Part shown: positions 27,809 to 42,181 of the stretch, one piece after another | How positions within the stretch are numbered: the first letter of the stretch is position 1 | Layout: the number at the start of each line of letters is the position of its first letter | From: Octopus vulgaris | Taxonomy: Eukaryota | Assembly (NCBI GenBank): GCA_951406725.2 | Contig: OX597823.1 | Location: 88,970,001-89,034,000, forward strand | Reading direction: 5' to 3' | DNA: 64,000 nucleotides | The notes under the pieces: model-generated | The model's database searches: none | What the model was told of the DNA's origin: nothing | What the model saw: the letters and a program-made list of their open reading frames with translations, nothing else | Program-made: the position numbers and the translations under genes

Positions 27809-28416
27809 TCTATATATATAAAACTCAACTTGTGTGTCTGTGTGTGTATATGTGTGTGTGTCTGTGTGTTTAACTTCCAGGCACATCTCCTCCTAGCCAA
27901 CAAATCGTAGAACCACCAAAAATGGGTCACTTAAAGTTTAGGCGAATGAAAATTGAACTGCGCTATTTCTGTTCCGAAATTCATCTCGCAAGTGCAAAAA
28001 TCGATAATGTGTTTGTTTAGGCCTTATCCCATGCATTGAATAGTGAACTTTACTCAGTCAGCTGTTTGACGTGAACTGTGTTCACCACGCGTGCAAGCAT
28101 GCGTAAATTGCATGAAAAATAAAAAATCAAGATATAAAAACGAATCGCCGTAAACATTGTAGAAATTCGGCAAAGAAATGAATTTTCGGGATGTAGCCTG
28201 GAGGGTTTTTTCGTATTAATCGTTTGGACTTTGTGAACACATACCAATTGTTTTCATAACATTTTTAACGCTTTGAATTAAATGTGGCCATTTTGCGTTG
28301 AGTCTGCAGTTTGAATCACTTTAACCAAATTTTAGCAGGCCGGATTTTTGATCATCATGATACATCGCCAGCGACTCCCTGAAACTCTCCCCTGAAATCC
28401 CCGTTGAGAAATACTG
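27809..28416 (+). mobile_element. Non-autonomous Helitron, 3' hairpin/CTAG damaged
   Basis: Inverted homologue of 3028-3652. Starts A|TCTATATATATAAAACT. The 3' end lacks CCGGG and CTAG. Confidence 0.8.
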
Positions 28417-28790
28417 ATCTAAAAGAATAATTCAACAATGCAATTATTTGATCAGCAAAAATTTCTGAAACGCTTCTACGTACTTCCTATTGAGGAAATG
28501 GAACACATAAGTACAAAAATAGAGGGCATTAAATGCTTGATTTTACAACCAAAATATATGCATGTATATAAAAATATATATATATATATATGTATATATA
28601 TATGTATATATGTATGCATATATTATGTAGCAATTGATTCGCTAATGCTCGCTCTTTTTCACAGTCAAAACCTCTTCCAGCACATTATATAATGATATAT
28701 ATGATTGCGCATGTATTTCTATGTTGGAAATATGGGTGTGTATGTGTGTGTGTGTGTGTGTGTCTGTGTGTGCACAAAATTTATATACAC

Positions 28791-28857
<67 letters not shown>

Positions 28858-28899
28858 ATACACATACACACATATATATATATGTATATATATATACAT

Positions 28900-29014
<115 letters not shown>

Positions 29015-29351
29015 CAGTTAATTAATTTTGAAGTACGACATTAGAATCAAATCTTTTTAAGATGTAACAAGACGTATTACCGCAATGAAGCTATTTCTAA
29101 ATACATCATCACATATTCCATAATATCATATCATATCCGAAAGATTAAGTGTTCCAAAGTACATTTTCCAATCAGATAATTTCATAATACATTATTGATC
29201 ATTCCTTAGTACATAATTACAAAATTCTCAATTAACTACTTTTAAGTAAATAATTACGAACAGTTTTCACCTCTGACAGTCGATATTCATTGCAATGTAC
29301 GCGTGTACCGGCTAGCTACTATGGCCTTCATGTAATATATCTGGTGTCTAA

Positions 29352-29680
29352 GGCGGCGAGCTAGCAGAAACGTTAGCACGCCGGGCGGAATGCTTAACGG
29401 CATTTCGTCTACCGCTACGTTCTGTGTTCAAATTCCGCCGAGGTCGACTTTGCCCTTCATCCTTTCGGGGTCGATTAAATAAGTACCAGTTACGCACTGG
29501 GGTCAATATAATCGACCTAATCCGTTTGTCTGTCCTTGTTTGTCCTCTCTTTGTGGGTTGTAAAGAAATAGGTATTTCGTCTGTCTTCATGTTCTGACTT
29601 TGCCTTTCATCCTTTCGGAGTCGATAAATTAAATACCAGTTGCGTACTGGGGTCGATTTAATCGACTGCCCCCTCCCCAA
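29352..29680 (+). mobile_element. SINE family A with partial internal duplication
   Basis: Full head GGCGGCGAGCTAGCAGAAACGTTAGC, with a second core from 29570. Confidence 0.85.
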
Positions 29681-30679
29681 CAGATTCATTCGTTTTATAT
29701 TTTTCACTAAAATGGATTTTTTATTGTTTCTTTTGTCCTCTCATATTTTCTGCACATTGACGGAAACTTATAAGATTCACCGAGTTCCCTTATACCTGTT
29801 GACATGCTCATTGATAGGAATTTTCCTTGCGTTCGAATGATTCATTGGTTATCGGTGCCCCGTCTTCCATTTTCTAAGTAAAGTTTCCTGTTAAACTGTG
29901 AGTCAGTAACAAGGCTAATGGCTACGTACACTATATTTTAAACAAATGCTAGAAGCTATCGTTTACACAGGTTTAATGCAATGAATATAGCCTATAAGAA
30001 TTAAAACCGCTTTGAAATTGTTTTGAAAGCTAAACATGTATTGGAATACCTATTCCAGAAAAGATATGATTGTATTTTTGATATGATTTCATGATTTGAA
30101 ACAGGTAAGTTGTATTTTAAGATAACAAGGTTGTTATAATCTGTTGTAGACTATGTTTTTGCATATTGAAATGATTCCATAGTAATAAAATACTTGGAAA
30201 CTAATCAACTGCAATATACATGTAAGTACATTTTCTCCTTTAGCATATATTTTTATGCATGATAACGTTTGTGCATGCAAAATTTTTGTAGCTCAATAGA
30301 TACACACACACCCATATATATATATATGCACATATTTACATACAGACATACATACACAAAAACACACATACATACATATACGCATGCATGCATACATACA
30401 TACATACATACATACATACATACATACATACATACATACATACATACATGCATACATACATGCATGCATACACATATATACATGTATACATACATGTATT
30501 CTTTGATCGGCAGAAAGTTACAAGATTGATCAAGGGCTGTGTGTTGCATGCCTGCCCTGCATCAAAAGTTTTTAAAATGCAACACACGAAACTCTCGGCC
30601 TTCCAGTGACATTTGTAAGTTTCTATCGTTTAATATGTGTGTGTCTGTGTCTGCATGTAAGTTTATGTATGTATATATG

Positions 30680-30745
<66 letters not shown>

Positions 30746-31304
30746 TACATGTGTGCGTGTGTGTGTGTGCACGTATATATGAGTATGTATGCAAGTGGAT
30801 TTTCTCCTTAACGCTTTACTCTGTTATATCGCCTATGTAACTATGAATATTATTACCAAGTCACAACTTGAAACCAATAAAATCTCATTGGCTCCAACAT
30901 TAACGAGTCGATTTATGCCGCCATGGGATGTTTTTATTGAAATTAATCTTCCTTAAGAAAATCTGATAACAAAGTTTACCCACACGTCCTGCTTATCTCA
31001 CTAACTTTCTCATTCTCTCTCTTTCTCCATCTCTCTTGCATTCGTATCTTGATTTTACAACCAAAATATATGCATGTATATAAAAATATATATATATATA
31101 TATGTATATATATATGTATATATGTATGCATATATTATGTAGCAATTGATTCGCTAATGCTCGCTCTTTTTCACAGTCAAAACCTCTTCCAGCACATTAT
31201 ATAATGATATATATGATTGCGCATGTATTTCTATGTTGGAAATATGGGTGTGTATGTGTGTGTGTGTGTGTGTGTGTCTGTGTGTGCACAAAATTTATAT
31301 ACAC

Positions 31305-31369
<65 letters not shown>

Positions 31370-31417
31370 ATACACATACACACATATATATATATATGTA
31401 TATATATATACATACTG

Positions 31418-31521
<104 letters not shown>

Positions 31522-31858
31522 CAGTTAATTAATTTTGAAGTACGACATTAGAATCAAATCTTTTTAAGATGTAACAAGACGTATTACCGCAATGAAGCTA
31601 TTTCTAAATACATCATCACATATTCCATAATATCATATCATATCCGAAAGATTAAGTGTTCCAAAGTACATTTTCCAATCAGATAATTTCATAATACATT
31701 ATTGATCATTCCTTAGTACATAATTACAAAATTCTCAATTAACTACTTTTAAGTAAATAATTACGAACAGTTTTCACCTCTGACAGTCGATATTCATTGC
31801 AATGTACGCGTGTACCGGCTAGCTACTATGGCCTTCATGTAATATATCTGGTGTCTAA

Positions 31859-32188
31859 GGCGGCGAGCTAGCAGAAACGTTAGCACGCCGGGCGGAATGC
31901 TTAACGGCATTTCGTCTACCGCTACGTTCTGTGTTCAAATTCCGCCGAGGTCGACTTTGCCCTTCATCCTTTCGGGGTCGATTAAATAAGTACCAGTTAC
32001 GCACTGGGGTCAATATAATCGACCTAATCCGTTTGTCTGTCCTTGTTTGTCCTCTCTTTGTGGGTTGTAAAGAAATAGGTATTTCGTCTGTCTTCATGTT
32101 CTGACTTTGCCTTTCATCCTTTCGGAGTCGATAAATTAAATACCAGTTGCGTACTGGGGTCGATTTAATCGACTGCCCCCTCCCCAAC
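31859..32188 (+). mobile_element. SINE family A (copy within the tandem duplication)
   Basis: Matches 29352-29680. Confidence 0.85.
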
Positions 32189-33170
32189 AGATTCATTCGT
32201 TTTATATTTTTCACTAAAATGGATTTTTTATTGTTTCTTTTGTCCTCTCATATTTTCTGCACATTGACGGAAACTTATAAGATTCACCGAGTTCCCTTAT
32301 ACCTGTTGACATGCTCATTGATAGGAATTTTCCTTGCGTTCGAATGATTCATTGGTTATCGGTGCCCCGTCTTCCATTTTCTAAGTAAAGTTTCCTGTTA
32401 AACTGTGAGTCAGTAACAAGGCTAATGGCTACGTACACACTATATTTTAAACAAATGCTAGAAGCTATCGTTTACACAGGTTTAATGCAATGAATATAGC
32501 CTATAAGAATTAAAACCGCTTTGAAATTGTTTTGAAAGCTAAACATGTATTGGAATACCTATTCCAGAAAAGATATGATTGTATTTTTGATATGATTTCA
32601 TGATTTGAAACAGGTAAGTTGTATTTTAAGATAACAGGTTTGTTATAATCTGTTGTAGACTATGTTTTGTGCATATTGAAATGATTCCATAGTAATAAAA
32701 TACTTGGAAACTAATCAACTGCAATATACATGTAAGTACATTTTCTCCCTTTTAGCATATATTTTTATACGTTTGTGCTGAAAATTTTTAAACAGCTCAA
32801 TAATACACACACACCCATATATATATGCACATATTTACATACAGACATACATACACAAAAACACACATACATACATATACGCATGCATGCATACATACAT
32901 ACATACATACATACATACATACATACATACATACATACATACATACATGCATACATACATGCATGCATACATATATACATGTATACATACATGTATTCTT
33001 TGATCGGCAGAAAGTTACAAGATTGATCAAGGGCTGTGTGTTGCATGCCTGCCCTGCATCAAAAGTTTTTAAAATGCAACGCACGAAACTCTCGGCCTTC
33101 CAGTGACATTTGTAAGTTTCTATCGTTTAATATGTGTGTGTCTGTGTCTGCATGTAAGTTTATGTATGTA

Positions 33171-33238
<68 letters not shown>

Positions 33239-34226
33239 TACATGTGTGCGTGTGTGTGTGTGCACGTATATATGAGTATGTATGCAAGTGGATTTTCACT
33301 TAACGCTTTACTCTGTTATATCGCCTATGTAACTATGAATATTATTACCAAGTCACAACTTGAAACCAATAAAATCTCATTGGCTCCAACATTAACGAGT
33401 CGATTTATGCCGCCATGGGATGTTTTTATTGAAATTAATCTTCCTTAAGAAAATCTGATAACAAAGTTTACCCACACGTCCTGCTTATCTCACTAACTTT
33501 CTCATTCTCTCTCTTTCTCCATCTCTTGCATTCGTATCATTCTCCTCTGTCTTCATTTATTCCCTCTCCTCGTCTCTTTCTATTTCTCTCTCTCTCTGTC
33601 TCTCTCTCTCTCTGTCTCCCTCTCTTTCTCTCTCTTGACTATGGAGGTCTGTCTTTATATGTGTCCTTATCTGAAGCAATGTAACATGTATGTTTCTTTT
33701 TAGTATTTTTTCCATCGACTTATTTGAATACTATTGATTGCAGTGTCAGACCTAGCTATGTGTCTGCACGAAAGTTATTTCATTCACGTTATTCCATAGT
33801 ATTATAAAGTCATTACAGTTTAATACGTCCTCTGTCATAATGTCAATGGCTTCTTTTCTACTGACTTATAGCACAGTGTTATTTCATAAGTAATTGCACT
33901 CTATTTTCAATTTCGCTCACACATATATACCTTTTTTTCCCTTTCACATTTGATTTGAGTATGCTCTGTTTCTGCTTCTTTTTCTTATTTTCGTTATTTA
34001 TGTCTTATATTTTTTATATCTTTATGTCAAAGGTAAAAAAAAAAGGTTTAAGATTGTGTTGAAGATAGATATTTTGACGTGAGTCTCATTGAACTATTTA
34101 ATACAAAGTGGCGAGTCTATATTAGAAAAGACGTAGAACGTGATTGGACACATAGCCATATGGTCACACATGCATCAATGCACGCACAAACATACACATA
34201 TATCTGAACGTAAAATACATATATAA

Positions 34227-34293
<67 letters not shown>

Positions 34294-34674
34294 ATTTACA
34301 TGTCTAATAATATATATATATATACATGCATATATATTAAGATTAGTCTTTGTCATGTATGTGTGTGCCTCGGTGTGTGTGTGTGTCTGTCTATCTGTCT
34401 GTCTGTCTGCTTGTGAGTCTGTCGGTGTTTGTGTGTATATATAAATAAAAGCTGGTAGAATCGTTACCGATTTGTGCAAAATGTTTAGCGGCATTTTATG
34501 TTCTGAATTCAAATTCTGCAAACTTCGACATTGCCTTTCATTCATTTGGGGTCGATAAAATAAGTACCAGTCGCGCACTGCCGTTGATATAACCAGTTTA
34601 TTTTCTCCCTCAAAATTAATGGCTTTGTCCGAAAACATATATATATGTGTGTGTATGGATGCCTGTATGTATGA

Positions 34675-34783
<109 letters not shown>

Positions 34784-34931
34784 TGTATGTATGTATGTAT
34801 GTATGCATGTATGTATGTATGTATGTATATATAGTAAATCTCAAAAAGAAGAACTAACAAGAAAAACAACAACGCGAAGAAATGGTACATGCAAAGTATT
34901 AGCAGACGGTCAGGGAAAGAAAGAAAGATGA

Positions 34932-34964
34932 TTTAACGTTTCGAGCAACGCTCTTCTTCAGAAA
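34932..34964 (-). ncRNA. Minimal type I hammerhead with extra A after A9
   Basis: Minus strand: TTT-CTGAAGA-A-GAGC-GTT-GCTC-GAAA-CG-TT-AAA. Stem III is reduced to the palindrome ACGT. Confidence 0.7.
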
Positions 34965-35046
34965 CAGAGGAATGTTCAATAGAAAGGAAGACGGAAGAAG
35001 AAAATCGCCAACGATTCACATGTGGTTACATTTTATATATATATAC

Positions 35047-35136
<90 letters not shown>

Positions 35137-35139
<3 letters not shown>

Positions 35140-35504
35140 TTCAGTAATAATTTAGATTTAGATGAATATAGTACTTAAATTGAGGCACCAGAATTTAGTA
35201 TGATATTATCCATATAATTTCAAATAAGGTGATTATAATCAAAATAAACAACAAGGTTATCCAGAGGTAATACAGTACGATCGTTTCATGCGACTGCATT
35301 TAACTGAACAATTCAAACATTACATCAATTTAAAAGGACACATTAGTATACTAATGTGTTCTTCGAATTTAATTAAATTCTATGTTTTTGTGCAGCTGAG
35401 GATTGCTATACATTTTTAATTGTTGTAATGTTTTCAATGTTTAAATGGAGTCGCATGAAACGGTCATACTGCATTACCTCTAGATATCCTCGTTGCTTAT
35501 TTTG

Positions 35505-35507
<3 letters not shown>
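35137..35507. mobile_element. Foldback PLE terminus between (TA)n tracts
   Basis: Inverted arms 35238-35330 and 35415-35507. The left arm carries ~100 nt extra. Confidence 0.7.
35391..35473 (+). ncRNA. Type I hammerhead with long stem II
   Basis: TGCAG-CTGAGGA-TTGC...GCAT-GAAA-CGGTCA-TA-CTGCA. The mirror arm retains the palindromic stem III CGATCG (35275-35280). Confidence 0.7.
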
Positions 35508-35553
<46 letters not shown>

Positions 35554-35589
35554 ATACATACATATATATGTGTGTATATGTATGTATAT

Positions 35590-36110
35590 ATGTTCGGTTT
35601 TATTTTAAGATTTCTTGCCAATAGAGAAAGAGCCGGTTTCTAACCTAGATCCAAGGTTCTTTCATTAAAAGTTTAACAACAGGGTATTTTTGTATGTATG
35701 TGCGTTTGATTATGTGCAGATTTGTATGTTTTGCTTTATGTATGTATTCTCAGGCATATAATTGCATATCTAGATATGTTCATATATATATTTAAATGAT
35801 AAACTTGTGGAAAATTTTAGAGATTTATACAGTTCCAGTGATGGGTTGGATCTGTAGTCTTAAAATCAGCTTTCTCCTTCCTCGAAATTGGTATTTAGGC
35901 AGTTTGTTACATATCCCAGTGCTCCAATATTTACAGGTATAAAACTGGACTTTTGATCTGGATAGAGTACCTGTAGAATACTCAATAGTTCAGCGAAGGT
36001 ATTTTCTTTTCCCTTGATCTTTGGCTTTATACCAACATCCGCTGGAACGTTGACTTCCACATCTCTACACAGTTTCTCTTCTCTATCCCAGATTTCTATG
36101 TTTAGATTTT
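35590..36110 (-). mobile_element. 3' fragment of a restriction-like-endonuclease LINE (R2/R4/NeSL-type)
   Basis: Peptide IWDREEKLCRDVEVNVPADV...KENTFAEL...FIPVNIGALG matches the C-terminal PD-(D/E)xK region pattern. Confidence 0.7.
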
Positions 36111-38426
36111 ATTGATATTTTCAATGAGTACTCCGTTTTATTATGAGTGGCTATGGCTTCTACTATACTGTAGGTTCTTATTTCTTTGGTCTCAAGGTTA
36201 TCCTTCCGACATATCTCATGATGCAGTGCCCTAGCTACATCATGTATGTATGTAGGTTCGTATGTATGTATGTATGTATGTATGTATGTATGTATGTATG
36301 TATGTATGTACGTATGTATGTATGTATGTATGTGTGTGTGTATGTATGTATGTATGTATGTATCTATGAATGTATGTATATACGTATATACGTATGTATA
36401 TATCTATGTATGTATGTATGTATGTATGTATGTATGCATGTATGTATGTATGTATTTATGTACGTATACATGTATGTATGTATTATGTATGTATTTATGT
36501 ATGTATAATTTATAACACCAAGCGTTTCTATGCGAAAATCCTTCGTAAATAAACAAACATCGAGCATGGATGAATGGAACTATATAGCTTGCGATGTTCG
36601 TTGCTGGTGGCCTGAAACACACACACACACACACACACATCCGTGTTATAGATTTCGGAGATGGAGTAAAGACGCCCGACCGAAACAATTACTGATTTAA
36701 TGTTGTCAGATCTTCCGAAATATAATCCAAGTTTGCTAAATCCGTTTAGTAAAAAGTAGCTTATAATATTGCAGTAGAACTACGAATTCGAAACCAGAGG
36801 CGGATGTTAAGGTCAAGTCAATCAATTCTGGTACTTATTTCATCGATTCCCAGAAGAACGATGCAAAATTAGTTGTTCTGGAATAAATTATCAAACGTAA
36901 AACCAGTAAATGGGATAGCACCTTGCATTTAGTTCACTATATTACCTTTTTGACATTCACCGCCCCATTTAATATTTTCTAATTAATACATGTTTTAATT
37001 CCTACGATAGCATCAACATTGCGTGGAAGATTTATTAACAGTAAATTTATTGGCAGCAAATTATTGAACAGTAAATAGTTCGGTAATCTGCTTTACGATT
37101 TTCATCTGAAAAATATTCTTCTTGATTTGCTCCACAGTTAACCCATTGAACACAAAGTTGGTTATTGAATGACGTTGTTGCAAAGTTGTTGTATTTATAG
37201 TTAGACTGTAATGTTAAACTGTTAAATCACGCTATTTTGCAAAATGAATAGCGTTCGGTTTTAATTGCAATAATAATTAAGATATCTCTATTGTGCATTA
37301 GAGAGGAAGAACTAAAATGCCCTTGGGATGTGAAGACTTTGACGCGCATCCAATTCCCAATTATAGCTATTGCTGTTTCCTTCATGTTACTAATTATTAA
37401 GAAAATTAATGCATGTCACACGGCCAAATTTTAAATAATTCGTCACAGAGATAAAAAGAAAAGAACCAATTATTATCAGAAATTGTATTAGCTCTTTAGA
37501 TTCCTAAAGATGAAATGATAATTTTAGAAAAAAATATTTCTCATCAAATGTGTAATAACTCCTGGAAATAATCAAAACTGAAAATAATATGTTTGACATA
37601 ACTAAGTTTGTATCATGTGTAAATCACATCGAAGACCATATGTAGGCGGCGCCATGCAGCTATTGCAGAAATAGCTGCTAAATTCCTCCTATATCACTCT
37701 ATTTCGTTGCAAAATAACGTAAGGCCATCTGGAACATTTTATCTCTTGATATACCAAATGACAAGATAGCCATGGCTGGAACGATTTTGGCCATAAGTCT
37801 ACTCGATCAAATCTGACATACAACTAAACAACAGCAGCAAACAAAAATTCTTCCATTATATTCGTCAGGCTCTCACTAACAATATGATACGCTGACAAAT
37901 TACGTACATATTTTCGTTACGTTTTTTTATTCACTTTATAATTCCAAGTGGACGACACGGCTGAGCCTTAAAACTTACAAGTAATATGATCTAATGATTC
38001 AAAAATACGATTGACTCCAGACTTATTTAAGCTGAATAATGCACACTGTCGAAATTAATATTCTCCAACATTAAGCCCAACTTTATATTATTTCTCCCAT
38101 TTAGTCCAACTTTATCATTTTTCGCATTTAGTCCATCGTTATAACATTTCCCCATTTATATTCTTAATAACCAAGCAGCTTTCATATATTACTTCATAAA
38201 TATGAAATACTCTCCTTCATTAAATACCTATATTACTTTCTCAGCAAGATCTCGGAGAATCATTAATCATTTTCTAGAAATATATGAAGATTAAATACAT
38301 TAAATACAATGGTAGGACATAAATGCATAAAATCCATTACGAGAAAAGCTTACGAATGAAGGTGAAACGATATTAACACTCTACAAAGTTTGAAGGGAAT
38401 TAAAGTTTGAAAGCCTTTCAAAGTTT

Positions 38427-38472
<46 letters not shown>

Positions 38473-38484
38473 CGTCAATGTATG

Positions 38485-38545
<61 letters not shown>

Positions 38546-38684
38546 CGGAGATGTACTCGCATAGCAAGTGATTTGATCTGAGATCGTGTGCTGGAACGAA
38601 AACAATTGCACCGTGGAAGGTGTTTGTAAGCCATTTAAGAAACACATAAAAGCCGTTCGATTCACTTCAACATTGAAGTTTAAT

Positions 38685-38732
38685 TTGTCAAAATATTTTC
38701 GTCGCTAAAATCCGCGACCTGTTCACTGACAA
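38685..38732 (-). ncRNA. Variant hammerhead, G3-C8 core (mirror copy)
   Basis: Exact reverse complement of 38743-38790. Confidence 0.65.
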
Positions 38733-38742
38733 AAATCCGTGC

Positions 38743-38790
38743 TTGTCAGTGAACAGGTCGCGGATTTTAGCGACGAAAATATTTTGACAA
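38743..38790 (+). ncRNA. Variant hammerhead, G3-C8 core
   Basis: TTGTCA-GTGAACA-G-GTCGC-GGATTTTA-GCGAC-GAAA-ATAT-TT-TGACAA. Confidence 0.65.
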
Positions 38791-39567
38791 ATTAAACTTA
38801 AATGTTGAAGTGAATCGAACGGCTTTTGTGTGTTTCTTAAATGGCTTACAAACACCTACCACGCTGCAATTATATATATATATTTAGATATATATATATA
38901 TATATACGCTCTCTCTTATATGTAAGTACACATTTCTCTTAAATTGGTACGACTCATCAACATAGTCTCTCTCCCTCCTCTCCTACATTACTTTGCCTTT
39001 CTTACTTTGAACTTCACTTTGTTCCTGTCTCTTTTTCTCGCTCTCTCTCTCTTCTCCTCCTCCTTAATTCATTGTTCCTCTTTTTCTCTCTCTTCTCCCC
39101 CTCCTTAATTCCTCTGTCCCTCTTTTCCTCTCTCTTCTCTTCACACGTGACTGACTGACCGACTACTGGTCTTTTGGGTCTGGCAGAGGTCGTGGTAACA
39201 TCAACATCTTTTTTCTCTGCCCCAAGGCACATTCCTAACACGCCAGCTGAGTTTAATACGTCTAAGTCGAAAGACACCTATTTGTGATGTCCTCTTATTG
39301 TTATTATTATTTTTATTATTGTTTTTACGTATTATTTTTGTATTCATATTCGTGTAACATCGTCCGTTTTTCCGTCCTTATTTTGTATACATTCGAAGCT
39401 TTTTTTCCAAGGAATCTAATGCGCTGGCCAGATTAGAGTATTCTCTAGATTAATCAGCTGAAATTGCGAGGATGATTCGGCTCTTGACTGAAAATTGAAT
39501 GCTTCGAATGTCCCGTCCGTGTTTTTTGTACCGTCTTCTAAATGTTTTGAGTTCTTGTCCCAGTTTG

Positions 39568-39664
<97 letters not shown>

Positions 39665-39759
39665 TGTATCTATGTACATATATATATAGTGTAATAAATA
39701 AAATATATGCATACATACATATATGTACGTACCTACATCTACATATATATATAGTGTAA

Positions 39760-40637
39760 TAAATAAAATATATGCATACATACATATATGTACGTACCTA
39801 CATCTACATGTATATATACATGCATATATAAATATATATACGTGAGCACAGGACACCAGAAATAGACGCAGAACTCAACGAGAACGAAAACGTAAAAACA
39901 AGCATGGAACGAACCTTTTTTTTACAAAGAAAAAACAGATTACTAGACAAACTACACAAAGAAAAATCCCCTTCATCGGCTGTCCCTAGATCAACTCCAG
40001 CGTGTTTCGAGGGTGAGGACAGAACACGACTCGTCGAGTACTCTGTTTTTTCTTTGTAAAAAAAAGGTTCGTCCCATGCTTGTTTTTACGTTTTCGTTCT
40101 CGTTGAGTTCTGCGTCTATTTGTGGTGTCCTGTACTCACGTATATATATTTATATCACGTAATCACGTGATATCACGTGACCGACCAGACCATCAGATGT
40201 TGTTACACATCGCTGGTCACAATGCGTTCGCGTTGTTTTAGCCTTCGAATGACGCCACCCCGCTGGCTAAGGGAGCAGGCCAACAGAAGAAAGAGTGGGA
40301 GAAAGAGTGGTGAAAGAGTACAGCAGGGATCACCACCCCCTGCCGGAGCCTCGTGAAGCTTTTAGGTGTTTTCGCTCAATAAACACTCACAACGCCCGGT
40401 CTGGGAATCGAAACCGCGATCCTGCGACCGCGAGTCCGCTGCCCTAACCACTGGGCCATTGCGCCTCCACATATATTTATATATGCATGTATATATACAT
40501 GTAGATGTAGGTACGTACATATATGTATGTATGTATGCATATATTTTATTTATTACACTATTGTATGACTGAGCGCCTTCGCGTCGATTCGATTCGATTC
40601 GTTCCGTTTCATTTCGTTTCTTCTTCTTCTCTCAGTA

Positions 40638-40640
<3 letters not shown>
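39760..40640. mobile_element. Foldback repeat whose right arm is interrupted by a SINE
   Basis: 39760-39940 is inverted against 40042-40155 plus 40471-40560. Confidence 0.75.
40156..40470 (-). mobile_element. Young tRNA-derived SINE (family C) with 12 bp TSD
   Basis: Minus-strand head GTGGAGGCGCAATGGCCCAGTGGTTAGGGCAGCGGACTCGCGG...GGTTTCGATTCC (A and B boxes). TSD ATATATTTATAT at 40144-40155 and 40471-40482. Confidence 0.9.
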
Positions 40641-40677
<37 letters not shown>

Positions 40678-40783
40678 TTACACACACACACATATATGCA
40701 TATAAATATACACATATATACATATATTTACATACATATATATGTGTGTGTGTATGTCTGTGCGTGTGTCGTATATGTATGTA

Positions 40784-40902
<119 letters not shown>

Positions 40903-40904
40903 TA

Positions 40905-42088
40905 AAGATCTCAGAATTTTAATTGATTTGCCTTTCGCAGGAAGGAAAGTTTCTTGTCGAAGATATGTCTCGCTTTTATCCTTCGAAACGTGGTGTAGAT
41001 GAAACCATAACGACTGAAGAAGGGTTTTTTCTTTGTGTTAATTTTCCTGTACTCTATTTTTTGTTGTTTTTTAAAAAATGTCCAGTTCCTTTGGTTTGTG
41101 TCTGTTTTCGTCTCTCATTGTGTTCGACGTCCTTTTGGTGTCCTGTACTCATATATGCGTGTATATGTACATGTAGAGGTAGGTACGTACATATATGTTT
41201 ATATATATGCATATGTTTTATTTCATTTATTAATTTATTATATGACGAAACGCACGCACCCACTTAAGTAAGATTGTTCTGTATATCAAGTTTTGGTCTT
41301 GATATTAACTCTGACGCGCACTCTTCACCTTTCTGTCCCATCCCTTTCTCAGCCTTCATTCTTTGATTTCCTTTTCCTCTACTTAACTTGTCTCTTCCTC
41401 TCTCTCATTCTTCACTCTCTCTCTCCCTCTCACCATTCTTCATGGCTTCCTCGCAGCCATTCCCCTTCTTCTCTCCCTTTGTCTTGCTCCTCCTCCCCCC
41501 TTTCTGTCGTTCACCCGCGACGACACTTCCGCTCTGACTGTCTTTCTGGCCTGGCTTTTCAAGGTAATGGACGACATTCTTTCTGCTCCTCTCGTCGTTC
41601 ACAAAAAAGTCCGCGTTCGCAATACTTGTTTTCGTTCGGCATCAACAGCCCTTCTTATCTTGTTTTTCCCTGTCCTGTCTTTTACTGTTTATATTTTGTA
41701 CTGTCGTTACTGTCCTGTTTTTTTACCATTTAATTTTTTTTACCATTTTTTACCCCTCTGCGAAAAGATCTCAGAATTTTAATTGATTTGCTTTTCGCAG
41801 GAAGGAAAGTTTCTTGTCAAAGATACGTCTCGCTTTTATCCTTCGAAACGTAGAGTAGATGAAACCATAGCGACTGAAGAAGGGTTTTTTTCTTTGTGTT
41901 AATTGTCCTGTACTCTATTTTTTTGTTGTTTTAAAAAAAATGTCCAGTACCTATGGTTTGTGTCTATGTTTTCGTTTCTCATTGTGTTCGACGTCCCTTT
42001 GGTGTCCAGTACTCATATATGCGTGTATATGTACATGTAGAGGTAGGTACGTACATATATGTTTATATATATGCATATGTTTTATTTC

Positions 42089-42095
<7 letters not shown>
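40905..42095 (+). mobile_element. Non-coding element with ~330 bp direct terminal repeats
   Basis: 40905-41235 repeats at 41764-42095. Flanked by (GATA)n and (TA)n. No coding homology inside. Confidence 0.7.
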
Positions 42096-42158
<63 letters not shown>

Positions 42159-42181
42159 GTATGTATGTATGTATGTATATA

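Larger units (their letters stand above)
38543..38871. mobile_element. Foldback PLE terminus in (TA)n
   Basis: Near-perfect 129 bp inverted arms 38604-38732 and 38743-38871, a 10 nt spacer, and an extra ~60 nt on the left. Confidence 0.85.

Noticed and set aside
39440-39510. Permuted hammerhead-like motif (GAAA...CTGAAAA)
   Set aside because: The core is mutated and the stems cannot be paired convincingly.
40400-40470. tRNA gene
   Set aside because: The tRNA-like head continues into a SINE body with a TSD, and there is no proper acceptor stem or terminator.
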